A DNA stretch of 64,000 nucleotides from Saprospiraceae bacterium. GTDB taxonomy: Bacteria > Bacteroidota > Bacteroidia > Chitinophagales > Saprospiraceae. Below are positions 30,196-40,474 of the stretch, one piece after another; the stretch's first letter is position 1, and each line of letters opens with the position of its first letter. A program made the position numbers and the translations under genes. The stretch is from NCBI GenBank assembly GCA_965222645.1, contig OZ244968.1:5386008-5450007 (forward strand). Direction: 5' to 3'. The notes under the pieces are model-generated. The model was not told where the DNA came from, ran no database searches, and was given only the letters and a program-made list of their open reading frames with translations.

Positions 30196-31903
30196 ATAGA
30201 CCGTACTTTCGCTACTAAATCCATCGCCAGGTGCCACCTCATTTTCTTATTTCACAACCAATGATTTAATCCTTTTTTCACTTTTTTGGCACCCGCCTTT
30301 CAGGCCACGCCGGCAGGGCAAAAAGTGGAGCATTCTTGAGCGATCCCGCCAAGGGCGGGGCGAGGTACTGTGTACCTCGAAGTGAAATGAACGTCGTACA
30401 ATGAGTGAGCTCCTGCATCCTTGGTGAGCAACAATTTTAATTATTTTTCTTTTTTGTGACCAAAAAAGAAACAAAAAAGTCTTTCGCTTTCGTGCCTCGT
30501 CCGATAATTATCTATACAGCTGAAGCCGATCTTTTTCGCCATCTCTTCATCATTAAAAGCCTTATGTAGCATGGCTATACGCGGTTTTACTTCTTCGATA
30601 TGACAAAAAATATCTGGCTTGATCTGTACATTTAATTACCAGACGAAACACTGGATCTTTTGCCTAATAGGCCAAACCCACCCCGCTCGTGATCCCAGCC
30701 GTTCGCTTTTTAGGTCATCACTTTGTTGCGCTTGATCGGAAGATGAGATGCCTACCTTCTTTTACGTCCCCAAATGCTCACTTCGGCATCACTCCTTTAC
30801 CTTGCAGTCTTTGTCCTATTTTAACGGCAAAATATCTAAGGCGAGGTAGGCACGCTCCGCATGCCTGTAGGGGGACTCGTCGTGGGGTTCGGGAGTTTCT
30901 TATATTGAATGATGTTCACCCTATTAATTCTTGCTGGAACAAATCTAGGGCTACAACACAAGGTGTGGGGCACCACCTGCGGATGCGAAGTCGGGGTCAG
31001 GGAAGTGGGAAAGAAAGGAGGTAGGGATTCCCAAGCCCGGAGCGAATCGAAGATCACCGAAGCGAGATACCGATATCCACCGGAAGGAGATCGTCGGGTC
31101 GTTGGGAGTGAAGGGATTGGTTAGCCCGGAAATAATTATTCATTCTTTTTTGTGACCAAAAAAGAACCAAAAAAGTCTTTCTCTGTAGTGCCTCGTCCGA
31201 TAATTATCTATACAGGTGAAGCCGATCTTTTTCACCATCTCTTCATCAGTAAAAGCCTTGTGTAGCGCCACTATACTCGGTTTTACTTCTTCGACATGAC
31301 AAAAAATATCTGGCTTGATCTGTACATCTAATTACCAGACGAAACACTGGATCTTTTGCCTAATAGGCCAAAGCCATCCCACTCGAGATCTCAGCCGTTC
31401 GCTTTTTGCCGGTCATTTTATTATTTGTGATCAAAAGGTGACATTTATACCTTTTTTTTACCGATCCTCCTGCACACTTCGGCATCGCTCCTCTACCTTG
31501 CACTCTTTGTCCTATTTTAACTGCAAAATATCTAAGGCGATGTAGGCACGCTCCGCATGCCTGTTGGATCACTCGAGTTGTAAAGTGTTATATTGTGTTA
31601 TTTGAATTTTATCAACCCCATCCAATCCTCTTGTAAACACAATTGTGAGGACTCACCTCCGGACGCGTAGTTGGGGTTTACAAATTATTTTGTGACTTTT
31701 AGGGTGAGTCGAACCGAAAGACCTTTGCTAAAAGGTCTCATTCCGGTATTTCAAATTTTAGTTAAGAATGGTCATATGCATGCTGATGACGGTATCTTTA
31801 TTATTGGGCTCCGGGGCCCGGATTTGATAGTAGATCACGTTTTTTATCAAAAAATTGACTAAAAACACACGTTAAAAATCTATTTTGGAAATTCTAGGAA
31901 AAA
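30196..31903 (+). repeat. Gene-free mosaic repeat block C (M1, M5, M6, M2, M7, M3, M8; ~697-bp internal duplication)
   Basis: M1 is at 30332-30480. The M2 anchor is at 30809 and 31506 (spacing 697). M6 (GTGCCTCGTCCGATAATTATCTATACAG...ACCAGACGAAACACTG) is at 30488-30655 and 31188-31355. M7+M3+M8 at 30877-31145 is near-identical to 17033-17310. Confidence 0.85.
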
Positions 31904-33562
31904 ATGATGATAGCATATAGTTCTTGCCTTGGTCGTTCATTAATGCCATTTAAGTATTTACTCCTTTTAGGTATCCTGATGGCTTGTAATCGGGTGAGCA
32001 AAAATGGCGATGCAGCCCGGACAGTCGAAAAGCCCAATATTCTGTTTGCATTTGCCGATGATTGGGGAAAGTATGCAAGCTGTTATCAAGGCATTGACGG
32101 GCCCCGGTCGATAAATGCCTTATTCAACACACCTAATGTAGATCGGATAGCAAACGAAGGTATACTTTTTAAGCACGCTTTTGTCAATGCACCATCCTGT
32201 ACACCCTGCCGGAGTTCCCTACTTTCTGGTCAGCATTTTTTTCGCACGGGTAGAGGAGCAATTTTGCAAGGTGCTGAGTGGGATGAATCTATTCCAACTT
32301 TCCCGTTACTCCTGCACAACAGCGGGTACCATATCGGCTATACCTACAAAGTCTGGTCTCCAGGTAAACCCCCTGATGCCGGTTATGGAGGAGTTAAAAA
32401 TCGATTTCAACGGGCAGCTCAATTCAATAATTTTAGCCAGCATGTTGCAAAATTTATGGATGAGGATGGAAAGAGTTTGGAGGAAGCCAAAGGGGTTTTG
32501 TATGAGGAGGTCCGGAATAATTTCCAGGATTTTTTAGATGCAAGGGAGCACGACCAACCTTTTTGCTACTGGTGGGGTCCGACGAATGTCCATCGAAAGT
32601 GGATCTATGGTTCCGGAGAGCGATTTTGGAACCTGGATCCGGAAAAACTAAAGGGGAAAATGCCCTCTTTTCTCCCCGATGTCGATACAGTCCGCACTGA
32701 TTTTGCAGATTATTTAGGCGAGATCATGGCTTTTGATGCAGGATTAGGACTTCTTTTGTCCATCCTTGAGGATCGAGGTGAATTGGATAATACTCTGATA
32801 GTAGTGAGTGGAGATCACGGATTTCCTGGCATGACCAATGGCAAATGCAATCTTTATGACTTTGGAGTGCAAGTGCCATTAGTAGCAAGATGGCCCGGTG
32901 TGATTGGTTCCCGTCGTAAAGTGGAAGATTTTGTCAGTCTCCCTGACCTGGCACCTACTTTTCTTGAGGCCGCTGGCGTAGCTCTCCCAAAAGAGATGAC
33001 ATCCCGAAGTCTGATGGGTATTTTCAGGAGTGGTAACAATGGTCAGATTGAGGATGATCGTGACTATGTTATCACAGGAAGAGAAAGACATGTGCGAATG
33101 GCACGTGCAGGCGCACTGCCCTATCCTCAACGTGCAATCCGGACGAAGGAGTTTTTATACATTATTAATTTCGAACCCGACCGGTATCCCATGGGAGATC
33201 CCCTGGGAGTCGATGACAACAATTATGTTCCCGACATCAATGAACTTACCAATAATACGTTTCATGCATTTGGTGATTATGATGCAAGCCCGAGTAAAGC
33301 ATGGATTGTAGCACACCGAAGGGAACCGGATAATAAAAAGTATTTTCAGTTTGCATTTGGAAAAAGGCCAGCTGAAGAATTATTTGAGATAAGAACAGAT
33401 TCCGATCAGGTGATCAATCTGGCTGGCGATCCCCAATACGAGGAAGTGAGGAAGAAACTTAGAAATCAATTAATGGATGTATTGTCTGGTACCGGAGATC
33501 CAAGGGTCATATCTGATGTAATTCCGTACGAGCATCCACCTTTTGCAGGAGAGGAAGAATGA
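31904..33562 (+). CDS. Sulfatase (formylglycine-dependent, S1 family)
   Basis: 552 aa. Signal/lipoprotein start (LLLLGILMAC), FADDWG, Cys-type FGly motif SCTPCRSSLLSGQ, and downstream SGDHG. Confidence 0.9.
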   Translation: MMIAYSSCLGRSLMPFKYLLLLGILMACNRVSKNGDAARTVEKPNILFAFADDWGKYASCYQGIDGPRSINALFNTPNVDRIANEGILFKHAFVNAPSCTPCRSSLLSGQHFFRTGRGAILQGAEWDESIPTFPLLLHNSGYHIGYTYKVWSPGKPPDAGYGGVKNRFQRAAQFNNFSQHVAKFMDEDGKSLEEAKGVLYEEVRNNFQDFLDAREHDQPFCYWWGPTNVHRKWIYGSGERFWNLDPEKLKGKMPSFLPDVDTVRTDFADYLGEIMAFDAGLGLLLSILEDRGELDNTLIVVSGDHGFPGMTNGKCNLYDFGVQVPLVARWPGVIGSRRKVEDFVSLPDLAPTFLEAAGVALPKEMTSRSLMGIFRSGNNGQIEDDRDYVITGRERHVRMARAGALPYPQRAIRTKEFLYIINFEPDRYPMGDPLGVDDNNYVPDINELTNNTFHAFGDYDASPSKAWIVAHRREPDNKKYFQFAFGKRPAEELFEIRTDSDQVINLAGDPQYEEVRKKLRNQLMDVLSGTGDPRVISDVIPYEHPPFAGEEE

Positions 33563-33839
33563 CGAATGACGAATGACGAATGACGAATGACGAGTTACGA
33601 ATGATGAATGACGAATTACGAGTTACGAATGACGAATTACGAATTACGAATTGCGAATTGCGAATTACGAATTACGAATGACGAATTGCGAATTACGAAT
33701 TACGAATTGCGAATGACGAGTGACGAATTGCGAATGACGAATTGCGAATGACGAATTACGAATGACGAGTGACGAGTTACGAATGATGAATGACGAATTA
33801 CGAGTTACGAATGACGAATTACGAATTACGAATTACGTG
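33560..33839. repeat. Heptanucleotide microsatellite, about 40 copies of T(G/T)(A/G)CGA(A/G)
   Basis: Begins at the sulfatase TGA stop (TGACGAA TGACGAA TGACGAA TGACGAA TGACGAG TTACGAA ...) and ends ...TTACGAA TTACGTG. An 8-unit sub-pattern (TGACGAG TTACGAA TGATGAA TGACGAA TTACGAG TTACGAA TGACGAA TTACGAA) occurs near both ends. Confidence 0.95.
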
Positions 33840-33844
33840 GTGGA

Positions 33845-34294
33845 CTACAGCCCCATCTCTGTGATACGTCTTTTCTGTTCGTTTAGACTGATGTCTTCAA
33901 CGTGTGTGGCGATCCACCACTGATTACCACAGGGATCTTTCACACCACCATATCGCTCACCAGCGTGATGCATGGTCATTGGCTCCATAATCTCTGTTCC
34001 CCCTGCTCGGATGGCCCTTTTGAAAACATCGTCACAATTCTCCACGTAAATGTATAATGCTGCTGTCATTGATTCATCCTGTTCACGGGGTTCACCCATC
34101 ATGATCATGGAGTCACCAATTTTCATTTCCACATGCATAATACTTCCATCTGTCCTGTTTACCTTTGATATGACACTACCTTCAAATACCGTCGAGATAA
34201 ACTCTATTAAGTTATCGACTTTTTTAACCATTAGGTATGTCGTGATCGTATGGAATCCGTTGCGTTTAAAATTAACAGCTGGCATTTTTGTCAT
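33845..34294 (-). CDS. VOC-family (glyoxalase/bleomycin-resistance fold, PhnB-like) protein
   Basis: 149 aa. Shows the ...HVEMKIGDSMIMMGE... and ...ERYGGVKDPCGNQWWIA pattern typical of PhnB/VOC proteins. Confidence 0.7.
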   Translation of the reverse strand: MTKMPAVNFKRNGFHTITTYLMVKKVDNLIEFISTVFEGSVISKVNRTDGSIMHVEMKIGDSMIMMGEPREQDESMTAALYIYVENCDDVFKRAIRAGGTEIMEPMTMHHAGERYGGVKDPCGNQWWIATHVEDISLNEQKRRITEMGL

Positions 34295-34374
34295 TTTTTT
34301 TACTATTTTGAATAACGAAGTTGGACCCTATTCCAATTATGGATGGGTGAATAAAATTAATAATTTAACAACAA

Positions 34375-35052
34375 ATGATGTCTTTTAAAAGCTACTTCGG
34401 TTTCGCTATATTATTTCTGTTTGAATTTGGCATTGTTTTCAGTCAAAAGTCAGCCAGTTTACTTGATCCGGACAATGTGATGCCCGTTAATGTTGAGATT
34501 TCCAGTGTTGTTTACGAAGGGAAAAAGGCGATGTTTGTACAACCATTGCAAGTAGAGTCTGAGGCTAAATTTGTAAAATTAAAAGAGATAGAATTTGAAA
34601 ATGGAATCATAGAGCTAGACCTTGCGGGAAGTCCCTCTGCCACTGCAGGAGCACAAGCACGAGGCTTCGTGGGAGTTTGTTTTCGCATTGATTCCGACAA
34701 TTCGAAATTCGAATGCTTTTATCTTCGACCCACTAATGGACGAGCGGAAGATCAATTGAGAAGAAATCATTCAGCACAATATATATCTTATCCTGATTTT
34801 CCCTGGTTCAAGTTGAGAAAGGAGACCCCCGGCAAGTACGAAAGCTATGTCGATCTGGTTCCGGGACAATGGACTAAAGTCAAGATTTCTGTGCAAGGGA
34901 CGACGGCAAAACTATTTGTGCATGGCAATGAGCAACCTACTTTGATTGTAAATGACCTAAAACACGGAGCGGGGACAAAGGGCTCTGTTGGTTTATGGGT
35001 AGGGCCTGGCACAGACGGACACTTTGCAAATGTCCATATAAAGAATCAGTGA
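34375..35052 (+). CDS. Secreted concanavalin-A-like/DUF1080-like jelly-roll protein
   Basis: 225 aa. Signal peptide. The C-terminal GSVGLWVGPGTDGHFANVHIKN resembles the terminal strand of DUF1080/LamG-type domains. Confidence 0.4.
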   Translation: MMSFKSYFGFAILFLFEFGIVFSQKSASLLDPDNVMPVNVEISSVVYEGKKAMFVQPLQVESEAKFVKLKEIEFENGIIELDLAGSPSATAGAQARGFVGVCFRIDSDNSKFECFYLRPTNGRAEDQLRRNHSAQYISYPDFPWFKLRKETPGKYESYVDLVPGQWTKVKISVQGTTAKLFVHGNEQPTLIVNDLKHGAGTKGSVGLWVGPGTDGHFANVHIKNQ

Positions 35053-35219
35053 TCCATCGCTTTGGCTGGCATCTATTGATCATGGTGACATCCCAGGCTA
35101 GTCGCAGGAGACACTTAGAATTCTTTGCGAGGGTATGTTAAGTGCAAAATAAAGTTTCCACATATTCCGTCTAATTACGGGACCACTCTTCTTTTTAAGA
35201 TTTCCATGCATTTATTGTT

Positions 35220-37658
35220 ATGAGAGCAATAACTATACTATTGATTTTTGTTGGACTTAAGGGCACCTATGGTCACATCAATGCCCAAACCCACGATTGG
35301 ATCCGAACAAATCCAGGGGGAGGCGGTGCTTATAGTACAATTGGAGCTAGTGTATCAGGAATAATTATCGCGGGCAGTGATTTGTCTGGTGCATACCGTA
35401 GCGTCGATGGCGGTCAAACCTGGGATGTGATAGGTGCTAGTAGAGGTCTTACAATAACTCATGTGAGCGGGGTAGGTTTCGATCGCGTCGATGGTGATAA
35501 AATATATATCGGTACTGAATCCGGCATTTTCCGAAGCACTGATGGCGGGGACATGGTGGTCAGTGTTTTGGATGGAGGATATATTACGGATATCGAATTT
35601 GGGACTGCTCAATCTTCCACCGGTTATGCCACATGGCATCCGCAATATAATTCTAATAATGGAGTGATATTTAAATCAACGGATGATGGATTAAATTGGG
35701 CTCAAGTCAGTACCGATATTCCGGCTGGACTTCGAATCTTGAAAATCGTCGTAAATCCTTCAAATGTTGATACTGCCTATATGCTAACGGGAAATGGCAG
35801 GTTTGCTCCTTGTGGGCCAGCTGAGGTTTTCCGTACAGTAAATGGCGGTATAAATTGGGTAAATATTACAGAAAATCTACCTGAAATACTGGACATCGCT
35901 GTTGATCAGTCGGATCCTCAAAATATATTTATTACAACAATGAATGCCAACTGTAACGCACAGTATTATTGGACGGATTTGGATGGGCAAATTTTTAAAA
36001 GTACTAATGGGGGAACGAGCTGGGGTGATGCTTTATCAGCTTATACGGGTGTGATTTTTATCGAAAATACAGGTACGATCAGACTTGTTGATCCCCGTGA
36101 GCCATATCCTTGGGTGGCATCTGCCGGTACATGGACTTCAACAGACGGTGGAGTCACTTTTTCTAAAACAGGTGATGTAAATAATTGGGATACTTTTTTT
36201 AATGGGCAATTATTTCATTCTTACGGCATTAGTTTTAATGGAATTTGTAAGACCCTGGGGGAGGATCTGTCAAATCCCGCAAATTTTTATTGGGTTAATA
36301 TTCAGTATGTATTTGGGAGTAACGATTTTGGGACGACCTTTAACAACTTGTTCACTAAAGAGTCTCCCATGGGATGGAGTAGCAGGGGCTTTGACAATGT
36401 CAATATGCAAGACATTTGTATTCAAGAATCGGATCCTGAGTTGATTTATATCGGGTATTTTGATATTGGATTATGGCGTAGCGATGACCGTGGGCAGACC
36501 TGGAATAGTTGTAATCCAGAAATGTACACTGGCAATTGGGATGGGAAAGGAGGTAATTGTGCAACTGTTATCGCTGATCCTGACCGCGAAAATGTCGTAT
36601 GGGCATCGATGTCTCCAAACCAGGAAGGACAATCTCCCACTTACCTCCTAAGGAATGAAAGCAAAGGAGATATAAATGGTTGGTCATTGGCAAATCTTGG
36701 GTTACCAGATGTAGAAGTTATGGGTCTTGCTTTAAATCGTCACAGTAATCAAAATAGCCGTACTCTGTATGTGACCGGAGATGGTGATGTTTATAAGAGT
36801 ACAGATGATGGCTTGAATTGGTCTAAGGTATGGGACTGCAACGGATGTCGTTTTACTGCCGTGGATGAGATGGATTCCAGCCTTATATATGCAGGAGGAG
36901 AAGTTGGAATAATGCGGTCCAGGGATGCAGGAGTTAATTGGGATGACGTTAGTCATCCGGAGATGAAGGCCACACCAGGTCGTCAGTACTGGGATCGAAC
37001 TTATGACGGGGTTTTTGACATAAAACCGGACCCGAATTTTTCTGGAGTTCTTTACGTGACAGCTATTGGCTCAAATAAGGGTTTGTATAAGAGTGAAGAT
37101 GTAGGTGATACCTGGGAAAAAGTTCTTACAGATGACTATTTGAGGAAGGTAGAAATTGTACCGACAGATTCAGATATGATTTACGCAACCTCTTCAAGTT
37201 CGTTTACAGCCGGTGGCTACAATATAGAGTCCAAAGGCATCCAATTTTCTGATGATGGAGGATTAACCTGGACTCAGCAAAATCAGAACATGCCATGGCC
37301 ATTTGCCCTTGCGGTAGAGGTGGACCATACCACATCACCACTGGTTTTTGTCGGGTCACCAGGTACGGGATTTCAGAAATCAGCTGTCCCTCTTTCTACC
37401 AATTCACATATAGTCACTACTGAAGATTGCGTTGAACTTTTTCCCAATCCGTTTGAGAATTACATTGTTGTAGATGGCGTTTTAGATAATTTTGAATTAA
37501 AGATTTTTGATATTTCGGGAAACCCGGTCGGAGATTATTCCGGATCCAGCAATCCGGTAGTTTTAAATCTTGGAAATCTGGGTGTGGGTGTCTATTTTTT
37601 ATCGGTCCAACATAACTTGAAAGGGCAATTAGGTGTTTACATGATGATTAAAAATTAA
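35220..37658 (+). CDS. BNR/Asp-box repeat beta-propeller protein (GH74/sortilin-Vps10-like) with T9SS C-terminal sorting domain
   Basis: 812 aa. At least 10 Asp-boxes (SVDGGQTW, STDDGLNW, TVNGGINW, STNGGTSW, STDGGVTF, SDDRGQTW, STDDGLNW, SRDAGVNW, SEDVGDTW, SDDGGLTW). The C-terminal LFPNPFENYIVV...GVYFLSV... is a Por/T9SS CTD. Confidence 0.8.
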   Translation: MRAITILLIFVGLKGTYGHINAQTHDWIRTNPGGGGAYSTIGASVSGIIIAGSDLSGAYRSVDGGQTWDVIGASRGLTITHVSGVGFDRVDGDKIYIGTESGIFRSTDGGDMVVSVLDGGYITDIEFGTAQSSTGYATWHPQYNSNNGVIFKSTDDGLNWAQVSTDIPAGLRILKIVVNPSNVDTAYMLTGNGRFAPCGPAEVFRTVNGGINWVNITENLPEILDIAVDQSDPQNIFITTMNANCNAQYYWTDLDGQIFKSTNGGTSWGDALSAYTGVIFIENTGTIRLVDPREPYPWVASAGTWTSTDGGVTFSKTGDVNNWDTFFNGQLFHSYGISFNGICKTLGEDLSNPANFYWVNIQYVFGSNDFGTTFNNLFTKESPMGWSSRGFDNVNMQDICIQESDPELIYIGYFDIGLWRSDDRGQTWNSCNPEMYTGNWDGKGGNCATVIADPDRENVVWASMSPNQEGQSPTYLLRNESKGDINGWSLANLGLPDVEVMGLALNRHSNQNSRTLYVTGDGDVYKSTDDGLNWSKVWDCNGCRFTAVDEMDSSLIYAGGEVGIMRSRDAGVNWDDVSHPEMKATPGRQYWDRTYDGVFDIKPDPNFSGVLYVTAIGSNKGLYKSEDVGDTWEKVLTDDYLRKVEIVPTDSDMIYATSSSSFTAGGYNIESKGIQFSDDGGLTWTQQNQNMPWPFALAVEVDHTTSPLVFVGSPGTGFQKSAVPLSTNSHIVTTEDCVELFPNPFENYIVVDGVLDNFELKIFDISGNPVGDYSGSSNPVVLNLGNLGVGVYFLSVQHNLKGQLGVYMMIKN

Positions 37659-37701
37659 TCTCAGTTTTTTATCTGGTATAGTGACTTGCAAAGCTATCTT
37701 G

Positions 37702-38700
37702 CTATCTCACAAATTTAACCGGAATGGTGGCCAGATATACATCTGTGCTCCCTTCGTGTGACGAATAATAGGACATGTAAATTCTGTTTTTTTCATATAA
37801 AATACCTGGATAGCTTGTATCGCCTCCGCTTGGTAATTTATAGAGTTCTTCAAATATCCCATGCATATCACCCAAAAGGAGTGCTGTATAATTTCCTTCT
37901 TCGTGGTACCTTCTGCTTCCTGCGAGAATGTGTTTATTGTCGAGGATAATGTAATCCGGACCACCGAGTCTAAAATTAGCTTGGGCCCATGTCCAATCGA
38001 TGTAAGGAGGTGGACTGACTCCCCAATATCCCAATTTATCTTCCTCCTCTCTACGGATTAGGATAGCCATGTTTTCATTATCAAAAAACCGAATTGTGGC
38101 TTCATTGGGTCTACCGGATAATTTTAATTTTTTGATCAAAGAAAAGTGAATGCCATCTCGCGAACTTACTAACGAGGCTGATTTATCTCTACCTTGATAG
38201 ACAACTCCATAAGCTATTGCATTGTGCCATGTCACCCGCCACAGCCAGTCTCGACCTGAGTGAATCGTAGAATCCAGGACTATGGGTTGCATGCTAGAAA
38301 ATGAGTCCCCACCTGGGGCAGAAAACGCCACATGTGTCTGCTGAGATAGTAATTCCTTGCCTTGATATTCCGACCCACCAATCAGCACCATGATTCTACC
38401 ACCCGGCATTACGCATAGTTTGGGATCCCTCAAATCATATTTATCACTTTCAAACTGATGGTGTAGTATCCATGTCTTTGCATCATCAGAAACTATGATT
38501 TTGATCGCCCCATTTTTTCCATATACATGTCTTTCTCCTGATCTAAATGCACAATAATAATTATCATTAAATTTAATTAGTGACGTGAAGGCATTGTGAT
38601 TGCCGTCCGAATAAATTTTTTGCACTTCGATTTGCTCATCTACACAACCCTTATAGGTGAGAAGCGTGAGGACAAGTACTAGGGAAGATATTGTATTCAT
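37702..38700 (-). CDS. Sialidase-like (BNR_2-type) six-bladed beta-propeller protein, putative glycosidase
   Basis: 332 aa with a signal peptide. Blocks ...FRSGERHV..., ...DLRDPKL... and ...SYPG...YMSYYSSHEG... recall exo-alpha-sialidase-like hypothetical proteins. Weak call. Confidence 0.4.
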   Translation of the reverse strand: MNTISSLVLVLTLLTYKGCVDEQIEVQKIYSDGNHNAFTSLIKFNDNYYCAFRSGERHVYGKNGAIKIIVSDDAKTWILHHQFESDKYDLRDPKLCVMPGGRIMVLIGGSEYQGKELLSQQTHVAFSAPGGDSFSSMQPIVLDSTIHSGRDWLWRVTWHNAIAYGVVYQGRDKSASLVSSRDGIHFSLIKKLKLSGRPNEATIRFFDNENMAILIRREEEDKLGYWGVSPPPYIDWTWAQANFRLGGPDYIILDNKHILAGSRRYHEEGNYTALLLGDMHGIFEELYKLPSGGDTSYPGILYEKNRIYMSYYSSHEGSTDVYLATIPVKFVR

Positions 38701-38706
38701 TTAAAC

Positions 38707-40449
38707 CTAATGATTTAGTCGACGTAAGCCGATTTCTCTTATTTCAACCTTAGTATTTTCCGATTTACGAACCATTTGTAATGTGAGTTTGTAGTTCTTT
38801 TTATCCAGGTTGAAGGTGTCGATTACCAAAAGTGTCCATTCTTTTGTCCCAAAATCTACGTGCATTTTAGAGCTGTAGTCGTCGACCTGAATTAAAAAGT
38901 CACTGTCACCCTTACCTGAATCGCGCCCAATAAGTATAGCTTCATATTGTCCAGCTGCAGCGGTGTTTATTTCCCAGGTGATCTTTCCACCAGGAGTCCA
39001 TTTGGCAAGCCAATCCCCGTCTACTCCCCTTGGGTGAGTGCCAATCCGCTCACCGGTGAGACCACGGTGACCTGTGTATTCCAGGGTGCCACGAGCGATG
39101 CCATGGTGGGGTTTGATATAGACAGGATTTTCCTCAGGATGTCCAACGGGAATTGGTAATGGAGTCAGACGATATTCTGAAGAAATGGATTGCCACCAGT
39201 TATTGTACTGATTCTTTAAATCCGCAAAAACTTCCGGATGCTGTTTGGCGAGGTCAATGTTTTCACCCGGATCTTTTTCCAGATCATATAGATGCTCACC
39301 ATTTATCATTTTCCAATTATCTTTTCTTACTACTCCCCCTGGAAAGGGTAGATCGGTGCCCAATGTGGACAAGTCGTATTTCTGTAAAAAAGTTCGGTCT
39401 ATTTTTTCCGTTTTGTTTTCCAAAAGAGGCAAAAGGGATATGCCATCGATTTTTGGATCCGACTCCATTCCTAAGATATCAGTCACAGTGGGCACGAGAT
39501 CGATATGAGCTGCAACGTGATCGATTGTTCTGCCCCCCTGCCAATTATTCTTCCATTGCCAATAATTTTGTGTGCGAATACCCCCTTCGTAGATTGTAAA
39601 TTTTTGATCTCTCAATCCTGCGTTATACCTCATTTGATCCTGGGCTACCTTCCAACCATTAATAGGGCCATTGTCACTTATAAAAACAATGATCGTGCTT
39701 TCCTCCAGTTCCTGTTTTCTAAGCTCAAAGACGATTTTGCCAATATTTTCATCGATATTTTCGATCATTCCATATACTCTGGAAGTGCGTTCGTCAAGGC
39801 CCATGGAAAGAAATTTACTAAAATAGGTACTGTCTATAAAAAGGGGAGTGTGAGGGGCATTGAATGACAGAAAACAGAAAAAGGGGGTGCCATAGTTTGT
39901 GGACATAAAATCAAGAGCATGATCTGTAAGGACATCCGAAATATATCCTTTGGTTTTTTGACCGAGTCCATTTTTTTCGAGGACGGCATCATAATAGTCG
40001 GAGGTGTGGCCCGTTCGAAACCCAAGAAATTCATCAAATCCTTGAGCATTTGGGGTGCTGGGGTAATATTCACCCAAATGCCATTTGCCAAAAATTCCAG
40101 TTCGATATCCCTTTTCCTTCAAAATTTCGGCCAGTGTGACTTCTTGAGGATTAATAGTTTCGTAACCGTTAGTTACACTATGTACACCGGTACGCTGGTG
40201 GTATTTACCTGTAAGAAGGCTGGCACGAGTGGGAGCACATACCGGTGATACATAGAAGTGTGAAAAATTGATGCTTTCTGAGGCCCACTGGTCAAGATTC
40301 GGAGTCTGGATGTGGGGATTTCCTGAGTGAGATACATCTCCAAAACCCATATCGTCCACCATGATGAGTAGGATGTTTGGCGTCCTCGAGGTGTGATCAA
40401 CCGTACGGCAATTACAAAAAATCATGAAGATAAAAAGTAGAACTCGCAC
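38707..40449 (-). CDS. Sulfatase (formylglycine-dependent, S1 family) with C-terminal beta-sandwich
   Basis: 580 aa (GTG start). MVDDMGFGD, FGly motif SPVCAPTRASLLTGK, GKWHLG, SDNGP. Confidence 0.9.
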   Translation of the reverse strand: MRVLLFIFMIFCNCRTVDHTSRTPNILLIMVDDMGFGDVSHSGNPHIQTPNLDQWASESINFSHFYVSPVCAPTRASLLTGKYHQRTGVHSVTNGYETINPQEVTLAEILKEKGYRTGIFGKWHLGEYYPSTPNAQGFDEFLGFRTGHTSDYYDAVLEKNGLGQKTKGYISDVLTDHALDFMSTNYGTPFFCFLSFNAPHTPLFIDSTYFSKFLSMGLDERTSRVYGMIENIDENIGKIVFELRKQELEESTIIVFISDNGPINGWKVAQDQMRYNAGLRDQKFTIYEGGIRTQNYWQWKNNWQGGRTIDHVAAHIDLVPTVTDILGMESDPKIDGISLLPLLENKTEKIDRTFLQKYDLSTLGTDLPFPGGVVRKDNWKMINGEHLYDLEKDPGENIDLAKQHPEVFADLKNQYNNWWQSISSEYRLTPLPIPVGHPEENPVYIKPHHGIARGTLEYTGHRGLTGERIGTHPRGVDGDWLAKWTPGGKITWEINTAAAGQYEAILIGRDSGKGDSDFLIQVDDYSSKMHVDFGTKEWTLLVIDTFNLDKKNYKLTLQMVRKSENTKVEIREIGLRRLNH

Positions 40450-40474
40450 GATATTTTTTTAATATAATTAGTTT

